Shown here: positions 10,801-22,800 of the stretch, in pieces
How positions within the stretch are numbered: the stretch's first letter is position 1
Layout of the letters: each line of letters opens with the position of its first letter
NCBI GenBank assembly: GCA_964658305.1
Contig: OZ210885.1
Location: forward strand, 11,284,001 to 11,348,000
DNA: 64,000 nucleotides
Source of the DNA: Leptogorgia sarmentosa
Taxonomy: Eukaryota
Direction: 5' to 3'
Made by a program: the position numbers and the translations under genes
The notes under the pieces: generated by a model
Seen by the model: the letters and a program-made list of their open reading frames with translations, nothing else
Databases searched by the model: none
What the model was told of the DNA's origin: nothing

Positions 10801-13800
10801 AACAGTGTGACGGGCAAAGTTGCTCTGTTTCTCATATTAGCTCACATAGGATTGAATAACCCAGTTGTCACACAAAATATGATCATTACGAACACTGAAA
10901 ATATTTCCGTAAAGCATTATTTTAGAGCGTTTATGCCCAATTCTATATAAACTCGCTATGCATTGAGTACGTATATTCATATATTTGACAAGCCGGTCTG
11001 TAGGGAAACCCGATATCCAAACTGTCTAAACATTATTTTTGCGCCAATTGGAACGCTATACGCGGCTCGTTTCTCGTCGCACATTGGTCCGTTTCATGTT
11101 TATAGTGGTTTTGAAATATAAATTCGCCGCGGTGGTCTGACTGTTCTCTACAGTTTGCGCGGATCGCCTTGTCTGTAAACGTTGATCGACTTGCTCATAA
11201 CAACGTTACGGTTGGCTTTTCTACATGTTTACTCATTCGTTGTTAACAAAAAGTATTTCATACGACCTTCCGTAAATCAGATTTATCCTTTAAGTGGTGG
11301 GATGGATGATTGCAAGATTCGTCGGAGTTCATATTCTGCGCCGAGAAGGTATATGTCGCAATTACCTGTTTATAATTATATGAGTATTTAATCTATATAG
11401 TGCCCATCTGCTTGGTTAAGGACATGCATGCAGGGTAGTTGAGCGTTATAAAATTTGTCATATTCATTTTGGCTGGCGTTAATATTTGCGCGCTGAAATA
11501 ATATAGCGTTAAGTCAGTTATCCAAGCCCAGCAATAGCGCGGGTTAAATCTAATGAAGCGAACCCTAGGCCCACGGTACAAATTTGAGATTAACAACGCG
11601 AATTCGGCTGGATCTCCGTCTGCTTGGACATTGAATATTTAGCTAGGTTTCTTTCCATGCAAGCACTGGAAGAAATTTGCAGCAAATTTTAAAATTGTTC
11701 TTTCTTCCAATTTCAGCTCCAACCCATACCGGTGGTAATCCATACATTACGAGAAGCACGTCCGACTCGTAACAGAAGTTACGTCGAAGCTTGCAGTAAC
11801 AAGAGTTAGATTTTAGGACAGCCAGAAAGAAATATGATATTCACGTTATAATACACATTGTCCTAGAGAATTTCTGTATTTGAACTTCTGCATCACATTT
11901 ATTAATGAAAAAATTAGTGTTTGAAATTCGTACTCTCTTGTTGTAATCATTCCGTTAGAATTATTTGGTGTATGAAATTCAGCCACCTGATTTGTCATCA
12001 TTCTGCCATTTTGTTAAAATTATTCCACTTCGTAAAATTTTGGGTGTCTGAAATTCAGCCACCTGATTTGTCATCATTCTGCCATTTTGTTAAAATTATT
12101 CCACTTCCTAAAATTTTGGGTGTCTGAAATTCAGCCACCTGATTTGTAATCATTCTGCCATTTTGTTAAAATTATTTCACTTCGAAAAATTTTGGGTGTC
12201 TGAAATTCAGCCACCTGATTTGTAATCATTCTGCCATTTTGTTAAAATTATTCCACTTCCTAAAATTTTGGGTGTCTGAAATTCAGCCACCTGATTTGTA
12301 ATCATTCTGCCATTTTGTTAAAATTATTTCACTTCGAAAAATTTTGGGTGTCTGAAATTCAGCCACCTGATTTGTAATTATTCCGCCATTTTGCTAAATT
12401 TATTCCACTTCGAATACGTTTTGGCGTTTAAAACTCAGCCAGCAGAAAGTCAACTCAAAAGTTAGCAAAAGATAGTATTTTTATGGACAAAATTGAACCT
12501 TTCCCCTGAAATCTCAAATATCAATTGATTTCAAGCTTGTAATATATGAAGTCTGCAAGAAATGTGCTAAACAACTACTAAAAGGAGCAGTAAGCTTTGC
12601 TGTCTCCAGAATTGACGTAAATTATTTTTCAAAATTTGCTCCAAAAATGAATTATATTTTAAGTTTAGTGGAAAATAATACTGATTTAGTCTATTTAGTT
12701 AAATTTTGCAGAAAAATCAGTAAAATTCTGCAAAATTAATCAAAATTTGTGTCGATTTGATAGTTTGGAATTGTTGAAAATAGTTTGGAACGCGTTTTAC
12801 TTATTTGCGCGAAATATGACGTGTGTATACAGGGGTTTATTTTACACTGCATAATAGTTTTTTTTAAATTTTATCAAACTGTAACTATCACCAGACTTTT
12901 CTGTCTTTCCTAATAGAAAGACAACTGCATTGTCGATAAGTTAAAAAATGGTTTCACATTAATTTGTAGCAGAGGATTGGGGATTTTATGATCTACGACG
13001 TGACCAACTCGACGACGACGAGCTTTCGAAGAAATTTTAATGCTGAACAAAAACCAAGCATACACCGTGGTGTCTACGGCTTTTTTGTATCTGCGCACGC
13101 AGTGACGCAGATATATTGCTATCGGGTCCGTGTGTCTGTGTGTCTGTGTGTGTGTTTGTGTGTAAGTGGAAATGTTAAACACTAGGGCAAAGCAAGTTCT
13201 TGCGGGCTAAATATTACAAAATGGCGACTGATATAGGCGCGAGCTAAAGAGTGGTGATGTGTTTGATCGTGGATTTTATTTCGCATGAATAGCCAGATAA
13301 AAAGAAAATGTGAAGGCCGCAGCGACGAGTATTTTGACAGAAATAGAGGTTAATTTATAAGCGTTTACGCCGTTTGGAACACTATTTACTAAGGATATTT
13401 ATACACAAAAATATTATGACGCAAATTATACATTGGCATTGCTTTTAAAGATATATTAAAGAGGTCTGCTATAGAATTTTGATCATCAAAGAAAAAATAT
13501 CATGACGCAAATTATACATTGTATTATCTTGAACACAGCGAATATTTAAGATTATGAAATTTCATGTCTTGACAAAATTGCGCGTATATTTTCCCAACGA
13601 TTCTTCAGCGTGTCGTACATGTTTGGAATGCCCGCGGACCCGCGGTGTCATTGTGAATTTGTGATCACGGAATATCTACTATATGTTGACGCTTCGTCAT
13701 ACAGAATGGTTGAAACATTCAATCCCAGGAAAACAGATTTTGTATCTTGTAATAAAACTAGTTTGTGCGTTTATTAAGCCCGAGACAATAACATGAAAAG

Positions 13801-16800
13801 CGATATCATATGTCGTCAAGTTTCAATTCCTTATGCAATTTGATACATAGGCGCAGATACATGTACACTTTGTGTACCTATTTTTTTTATCAACGCAACG
13901 TAAAGCTATAAGCATTATAACCTCTTCAAAGCAACGTGAAGGCTGATTACAACGTGAGAGCTGTAACTTCAAGTTGACTACGCAGCAACGATCGCATTGC
14001 TTTAGCTGAATCTGTGTAACTGTTTCTTGAAAAAATTCCAACATCTATTTAAAGCATAAAAAGGTCAGCACTCATTTTCAAGCTGAAATTTAGACCCCGT
14101 TGTCGAGTTTGTAGCGTTGTAGATCTTAAGGTCCCTACTATCAATTATTGGACGACGTCGCAAAGAATACCGCGATTTATCGTTGGCGAGCGGATCAATT
14201 ATTGGCCGATTTCGAAAAGCGAAGCAGGCAAGTAATCTGAGAACAACCGATGATATATAACTGAAGCAAAGCATAGCCACACTACGTAGAGTGATGCGAA
14301 GCATATTGGGAAGAGCCCTGAGGCCATTGGGTTCCAGTGAGCTCCCTGAAATTATAGCGCCGTAAATCTCCGATGTAATCAAGATAGGTCTACTGCACCA
14401 AGCCAAACCTGTACTTTATTAAAATCTTTCTATCTATTTAGTTCATTATCAGCGCTAAAAACAAGAATTAAAGCTGAAGGCTCGCAAAAAGTTATTTGAA
14501 AAGGATCATTTGCACATCAAAGTTTTGTTAATTAAAATGTTACTGCAACGATTTTTTCGACCTCATTTTTTTGCGTTAAATATATACTCAGGTCGAAAGA
14601 CGAAATTTGGTGTATAAATGACTTTTGTACGTTGACAGGAAGTAGCTAAATTTCGCCTCCAAACTTCGATATCGGATGCGAACAGAACAGCCGCCATCTT
14701 GTCACCTTGTGACGTCACAAGTGTAACACGTTTAGCGAAGCTACTAGTAAATTCTAATACGTTAGAGCTATACTCTGTGTTTCTCTTGCTTTTTTGGCCG
14801 GAAAAAAAATTCTTTTGAAACAAAACTTGAACATAGGCATTTTAAGACAATATATTTTGCTCATGTCGAGTAACGAGTCTGGCGGGGACCCGCAATCGTG
14901 CGAAAGTTCCAGTGAAACTGACCCAGTGTCGGATGGCTCAGTTAACTCGGGTCAGTTGGGCGGCTCGTTAGTTCATGTCACATCGCACTGCTTTGCTTAC
15001 GACGCCGAACCTATATAGCAGAACCTGGGGAAACGAGTTGTGTTCCAGAAGATCAAGATGGATTGTTGCCAGCAACTATTGAACAAAGAAGCGACGGTAG
15101 AATAACTCTGGAACAGTGGTAAGAAGATTCAAGACTTTGAAGCCTAATTAAAATAGCCGACGTATGCTAAATTTAAATTTATATTTCATTGCTTTTATTT
15201 AATATTCATATGTAGTGATATATTGTTAATTTTGATATCAATATCAATATATTGATAACAGTATAATTATTGTTTCCACATTACCGTTTCCACATTCTCA
15301 TTTTCAATTATTAGATTTGTAAATACTTAAGCTGTGGCAGAATAAATTCATTCGATTTGATATGGAAAATTCATAGGAAGTTCATTTACCTTGTCTGTAT
15401 GCTTAGTATTACAGTAGTTAGGGTTATGAAATTTCATCTGCGTTTGCTTATACGGTATAAACATTCATGTAAATCGTTGCGTTTAAGGTATTTTATTTTG
15501 TTTTTCAAACCAGCGCAGGAAGTGCACGAACTACGAGTTGTAGAAGTTGTTGTTGTCACATCGGGCATGTCGTCACTGGGCAAGTCAAAGGGTGTATCAT
15601 CGTCAATATCGTGACTTGTCATTGCTATCTCTTCAACTTTTGCTGGAGAAGACACCAATTTCACTGGCGACAATCTTTCACTGCCACGAATTACCTAAAA
15701 ATATACGAATAATTTAAATATAAAGTGCTTCGCATATTAGTAAAATTTACCATGTGCATGGGCGAAGAATGCGCCTTTGCACGCATGATATAATTAATAC
15801 TCGTGTTATTTACCTGTAATCGTTTTCGCTCTGTGATTTGCTGTTCGGCTGGTGGTATAATTCCAGCTACATCAATCGTAGGAACTGCATCTTCTTTCAA
15901 TCTCCTTTTAATATTTAGCGATTTTGCTAATTCTAGATTCATATCATAGCTACGGATCTTCGGAGTGGGCGGCTCAAAAATACTAAGAGGTCGCCGTTGC
16001 GTGAAAACCCTGTCTATGTTTCCGGACAAATTTCACCCACTTATTCCGTCTCTGAGCATCTGTTTCTTCATTAGGGAATAGATGCATAGATATTCCTTCA
16101 GTTTTGCTATCATTGACGCAGCTAACTAAGTTAGGACCGCCAGCAACGCAGAGTTTTCCTCCGCGAGTAGCTTTACGTCTATTAGAAATATACGCCATGT
16201 TGAAAATGTGTTACACTTGTGACGTCACACGGCATTAATATGGTGGTCGAAAAGTTCGCACGGAAGTAGCCAAAAATCGCAACTTCGAAAGGCCATAAAA
16301 TCCGTTTGAAAAGAGCAATTTTAATTCTGTTTGCGGTAAACATATTCGGAGAGTAAATACTTTAAAAAATGCCAATAAAAAGTGGGTCGAAAAATTCGTT
16401 GCAGTAACACAGTTTAATAACCAACCAAAATAGTGTGACTATGTATCAAATTTAAAAAGCTCTTAACTTGGCGAAGCGAGTGAGAAGTTATTGATTTATA
16501 TACATTGTTTGGGTACTTATAATAATGTAGAAAAAACAAAAAAATGTTTAAATTTAAATTTTGAAAATGGAGGGATATGTGTCTTTTCCAACAAAAAATG
16601 CCTTGCATTTGAGAAGACGAAAACTTTGTCGAGTTGTGTATTGCTGTTAAAAATTTCAAGAACACTGGTTGAGTTTAAGCCCTCTAAAAGGTCGCACAAA
16701 CTTAATTGCGTTTTTTAGAATAATTAACTTTTCGCATGCTTAATTTAGGCTTGCATAGCATACCTGTCTCTTGGTCTAAGACGCTGATTGAACCGTTGTA

Positions 16801-19800
16801 TAAACCACAAATGGCTAGAGTACAGCCTGCAACATTGGTCGTGGCTAATGAGGATATGGCCGTATCTAACGTCTTTCGCGAAATCTCAGAGCCTCCGAGA
16901 TCCAGACACGAAGATTCCGGTAAAAGATAGCAGGTCTTCGTGCATGTTTCACGGAGTTGCTCTGATATCTTCTGTATCCACGGATACTCTTGATACGATA
17001 GCAGTCTACCTGGAAAATAAATATACACAACAGTCTTATGATATATCCTCGCAAAATCATAAAATTAGGCCTACATATTATCGTTCTTGCCTTTGCAACT
17101 TATTTTTAACATCGATAACTTTTTGATAGAAAAAAGTAAAACTTATAAAACTAGTCGCCCTTCCTAATTTACATTATATAATAAAATTACGATATTATTT
17201 CTTTGAAGAGCTTTGATTGGTTAAGAGCTGTGTATGAAATGGTTATATCCGTTCGCCAAAAAACGTATATGGCATTTGGACGTAATTTTCTCGTATATTG
17301 AAAACTCACATACGACATTATTTTCATTTTAAATCTCGTCTATAATGGGAAATGTCTATTATATTATTGAATTCGGCTCTCGTAGGACATGCGGAGTTAT
17401 CAGCTCTTTGCGTCTGCAGATAACACAAATCTCTGCTTCAATAATTGAACATTAATAGTAGACGAATTTTCAAAACCTTTCATTTGTAAACGTCGTCGCG
17501 ATTTAGTGATTTTCACAAAATGGGGCCATAGGAAATTTCAGTTTAAGAATTGAGTAGATCTCGTGCGAATATCAGAGTTGGCTTTTAAAAAATTCCTAAT
17601 GTAAGACATACATAAATGGTGTCAGCCCGTTTATTATCTTATAAGCCATCGAGGAATCTCAAACCGTCGAGTCGCTCTTCTCTGCAATCCATAATACCCT
17701 TTGAAGTATATTTCTACCGCACGATTGTTTCACGGAACTCAATTACATCATTACTGGTTCTATTATCGCACAACATGAAACATCGGTCAGGCTTCGTTAA
17801 TAGTTTATGGTTCTAGAAAGCCAGGTTAAGGTGAAGTAAAGTGCCAGACTTGGGCAGATGTTTTCCTTTACCCGAAGATGAGTACAGTATGGAATTCCCA
17901 TGATTACGCCGGGTTTGTTTTTTTATATTCAGTCTGTAACCAAATAATACAGGTTCTGGTTGCGCGTGACGCAATGTAAGACAAGACAAGGCAAGGGAAG
18001 GTAAGACAACACAAGAAGTGTGCATGCACGTTAGGGAAAATTACGGGGCAAGAAAGGCCAAGAAAGAACATTCCATAGCAAGCTGAGGCATACAATCCTG
18101 GACAAAAGTTGTTGTAAATCCAACTCTTTCCTCCAGAATTCAATGTTGCCACGTGAAATCGCAACAAAACATTGCAGGGCTTTAGCAAACACGACGCGAA
18201 GTCAGCGGGGACGTGAAAATGGCGCGGCATGAGAGATTTTTTACTTCCGGTTTAGTCCTGGACGTCGCACATGTTCCGTTGTCCGTTGAGGACGGCATCT
18301 GGGCTGTTTTTACCTCCTCTCCAGAACGTCACATATGAATGCTTTATTTCAAACATATTTTCCTTGCTATTTCTGAATTTTATTTTGATTGACAAGCTTA
18401 CGTCTAAATAACTCAACGGGTTTCAGCTGCGTTAATTCTTAGCAAACATTTTAATCGCCATAATAAAATGACACAAATTGTATACGTCGTTAAAAGGTTC
18501 AATGTTACTCGTTTTTTACCAAACGCCACATTTTAGAATACAAAAGTTGGATGAAAACAACCTGACGTTAAAATGAACAAGTAAAAATAGAAATAAGATC
18601 AATTTGAACCACTTGAACAGAAGAAAACGGATTTCATTTTATTTGCCTTAAAAAACTGTCTATTGATACATGTTCAAACACACGACGAAGAAAAAATGGC
18701 AACATTGAAATCACTTTTAAATATCGTTAAATTGCATCCAGTTGGACCTAAATATGGATATTGATATCGAACAGTTTTACTGAACGGAAAATGAAGTATT
18801 TAACTTGCAAAAATTACTTGCAGCTTTGCGATTTCAAAATCGCGAAAAGACCGATAAAACTGTCTTTTCCAAAGAAACTCATTAAGTGTTACTCAAAAAT
18901 CTTCTTGCTCGCTTTTTGCCTACTTTATGACAAATTTAAAAAGACATAAACTACGCTTGATCCCAACCCAGATCCCAAACCCGAAAAAGAAAAGTCGGGA
19001 AAATATTGGGACAGAGTTTTAACTTGAAGTCACTATAGCACGAATAAGCGTCGAACCGGGGCCTGAACTACAAAACTGCGACAGACACATCGCGCGCCTA
19101 TCCGCCTGAGCAAATTTCGAGCTCGCTGAAATTCTTCGAAAACAAAACTATTTATAGTGGAAATGCATTATGTAGCATTCAAATGTGAGCAGAGAAGGTA
19201 TCGACCGTTTTGGAAGCCAACGACCGTTTACGAAAAGGAAATAAGCAGCGGGCGTAATACAACATTGATTTTGGGGGGAGGGGATTTACAACGTTTTTGG
19301 TCAAGATTGAATCTTGGAGAAACGTCGTTGTGACACCAACGCCCCCCCCCCCCCCCGAATTCAATGTTGCCACGTGAAATCTCCCACCTTGATTTTGGGG
19401 CTGTTACAAAACTTTTCCCACAAAAATTTTCCCACGACTGTGGCATAATGATAATGCAAAGGTAAACTAAACTATAGGAAAACTGGATAAAATAAAGTTC
19501 ATTATTTTATTACCTAGCAGTTGTGGACAGATTGAATCAGCATTCTTCTCGATAACGGGGAAAGATAACATTAATGATGATTTGAGAAGTTGGGTTTCCT
19601 GTGACAATGTGCCCAAAAAACGAAAATCTGATACAACGGAGGGTAGGTCAACGTGTTTGACTTTTTGTTGAAGCCAGTTTAAATCGAAGAACAGTTGAAG
19701 TAGCTCGCCATGTTGTTCTGAGGAGGAGATGTGATAAGGTAGGAACTTGAAGTAATAGTCTTTTTGCGCGGTAGTTGAATTACTATTCCATTCACCGTTC

Positions 19801-22800
19801 ACGCATTGGCCACGAAGTGTCTCCACAAACAAACGCTGAACACCAGTTAGGGAGCCCGTGACCTTAAGTTTTCTCCGGGCAAAATCCAGCAGTAAATCAT
19901 GCACACGGTAGCTTGTCTTCTCTTGAAGTTGAGGTCCTGAAAAAAAAGATTATTGGGACGTCAAGCATCAATCAGTTACTGACATTGGTGCATTGACAAG
20001 CGATATCCAACGGACAGTAGGTTTTCGTTTTTCTAAAACTGACTAATAAATAGTAATACAAACATAAAAACTGTTTTGCAACTTTACTTCTGACTTAAAG
20101 GACAGTTATTCAATGCACGACTTGCGGTTTGGAGTAATTTTAATGCGAGGATTTACTAAAACATGGCTTTCACATAACTTCCTTAATTTAAAACTCGCTC
20201 GTGTACCTTTTTGAATCATGGATTTTCTTTCAAGAGCATCAAGTATGCGTCTTGTTTTCCTAGGTTCACACGATGTTCTACCGGCTCCTTCTGCGGACCA
20301 AAACAGCTCCAGTACATCTGAAGGTATGTTTGTATCTTCTGGAAATATACCAAAATCTAGGAACTTTTCTTGTTCCGATTGTTCTAAGCGTTCAAAGCTA
20401 ATATTAATGGCTGTAACGATGTTATCATAAGGATAATTGTCGGTGGCAACCATTGAATGAAGTTCTTCCAAATCAGTAGTAAATCCATCTAAAATATCTT
20501 GCCAAGCCTGCTCCGACCGATTGCCGTTTAAATTTGAGCCAACAAGTGAGAGGGCCAGCGGCAGGCCTTTGCACTGTTTCAATAGTTCTTCAATAATTTG
20601 CTGCATTTTTGGACTAAAGCCAGGCAGTTCATCTTGCTTAATCCAAGCACTTTGAAAAAAGAGCTCTCGAGATTTATCCTGTTCCATTATATCGAGTTCG
20701 TAGACAAAACCTCTTGAACCTCGGACAACATTGACATCCCTGGTAGTTATCAATAACTGACATTTTTCAGACAAGGTATCAAACACAGCAACGTCGTTAA
20801 CATTCCAAACATCATCAAGAACTACAAGACATTCTTTATCGCTCTGCAATAGATAGAAAAATATTAGATGTAAGATACTGCATGGTCTTTTTGCTGAGTG
20901 TCTTCACACTAGACAGCCTGGAAATGACTTCACCGCAGTGCGACTATACCTTTCAGCTTATTAAAACTTTAGAGAGTGTTTTTAAGGAATGCGCCACGTA
21001 CATTATTAACCACTATGCAAATCCGATTAAAGATATATTAAATAGTACTTTTAATTCAAGGGTTACACAGCGGAGCCAAGAACCTCGAACAGCCAAGCGA
21101 AACAAGGATTGAATACAGGGCGTGTCAAAAAGAGTTTAGTGTAGGAAATATTCCCTAAACTAACGTGCGTTAACGAAATCTGTGAAAACGTTGAGTTAAC
21201 CTATGCAGATTAACACCCTCTGGTACATCTCGCACTGAGTTTATTAAATCTTTTTTCTATCATTTTTAGAGTAGGAAATGTGCTGCTGAAGGGCATTTTA
21301 AAACTGACTTGCGCACAGAAACTAAGCTCTTTTCACGAATTTTGATTCAATCGACTCGAATATGGAGCATGTTGTACAAGTTATTAAAGTTTTGTGGAAT
21401 TTGGTGCCCGCAGTGTTGTCACTGCGAGAACTGGATTATGCGCTGCTTCCTGCGTGATTACCGATTGACTTAATGCATAATTGGATATTCATTAATTTTC
21501 AATGCAAATTCCAAGCTAATTCCCAAAGGTCTTAATTGCCGGAAGAAATTGCAGGAAATCCACTTTTCGGACATTGCGTGTTCGCCTCAGCGTGCACCAA
21601 ACCCATGGATGACCGAGCGGCCTCCAAGACAAGTAACAGGTAAAGTAATACCATATTATTTGAATAATTATATGCATGTACCTTTTATAATAATCTAAAT
21701 AATATGCTAATGATTTAACCTTAAGCCCGTTTTGCGCTCCATTATTTCGCCAAAGCCGGCGAACAAAATTGACAAGGATATGATGTTTTATATTCAAATA
21801 CGTGAGTGGAAAACGGGCTTTACGCGAGCTTGTCCGGGAAGAATAAAAATAAGGCTTGTTTGAAATTGCCTTTGAACCCAAAAAATTCGAATGCATACAT
21901 ACTGTGTTCTTTTTAATCCAGTCTTGTGCTTCACGGATAACACTGAAAGGTTTTGCTCCACCAAGAACTTTTATTAAGGTGTTAATCAGTGCTAAACAGT
22001 CAGGAGTTTCCCCAACATCAAGCCATATCACTTGACGTGAAACTGAAACTTCCCATGCGACAGCCAGAGCTAAGATGGTCTTACCCAGACCCCCCATACC
22101 ACGGATACCAACGACGTCACCGCTGCGACTTCCCACCACACCAACTTTACTATTTCCCTCCGTAAGTAACTTCAATATCTCGTTCACTTCTGATGGTCTT
22201 CTCACCATGTCACGAGGTAGACTGCGTAAACCATACCAATCTGAGATAGGAAATAAACGAGTTATGCTGGATGAGTGCAACTGAACCTAAAAAAATTATA
22301 GTAAATGCATGGAGATTATTCATTCAAAAGATATCTCTTCACAAGTTTTTAAACAGTTCAACATGACTTGATATACACATGCACGAAACGAACATCAGAA
22401 CTACAAAAACAAAAAGTTGTCCTGTCATCTATTTTGGTCAAATATATCTTTCATGGCGAGTATTACAAGAAGTGTCAAACTTTGTTTTTTTTTATGACTC
22501 ATTCGAACACCTCAAGACCATTTGACGCTTCATATAAACAAGCCCCAACAGAAAGCCTTATTTTAGCCGACAACTTATGGACTTGGTCACGCTAACCTAT
22601 GCCATTGCATTGTATATGGTAACAATGCGTTGCGTGTTAATTTCTCGCTTAATGTATGTTGATTTGCTAATTTTCGGGGCGTATCGAAATTTTACATATT
22701 CTTTGTGGTTCCAAAGCCACTGTTCGAATCTTGAAATGATTTTGTTAAGACTGGGTGGGGAGCAGAACTTTTGCTCTTTGTTGATGTTGTTTTCTGCTAC

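Larger units (their letters stand above)
9508..12797. mobile_element. Foldback-like non-autonomous TIR DNA transposon with 6-bp TSD (superfamily uncertain)
   Basis: About 36-bp TIR aacgcgttccaaactattttcaacaattccaaacta and its inverse at 12761-12796. TACTTA flanks both sides (9502-9507, 12798-12803). Confidence 0.85.
14536..16413. mobile_element. Internally deleted Kolobok-like DNA transposon
   Basis: TIR tgttactgcaacga...tcgacc and its inverse; TTAA on both sides (14532-35, 16414-17); inverted subterminal gtgacgtcacaagtgtaacac; convergent THAP ORF and Ser/acidic ORF. Confidence 0.8.

Noticed and set aside
9720..12440. 76-bp arrays with a palindromic core as a CRISPR or tRNA array
   Set aside because: The spacers repeat, there is no cloverleaf, and the arrays are subterminal repeats of a TIR element.
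19514..22240. Calling the STAND gene APAF1
   Set aside because: It has no CARD, its N-terminus is HEPN-like and it has few WD40 blades; orthology cannot be shown from the sequence.
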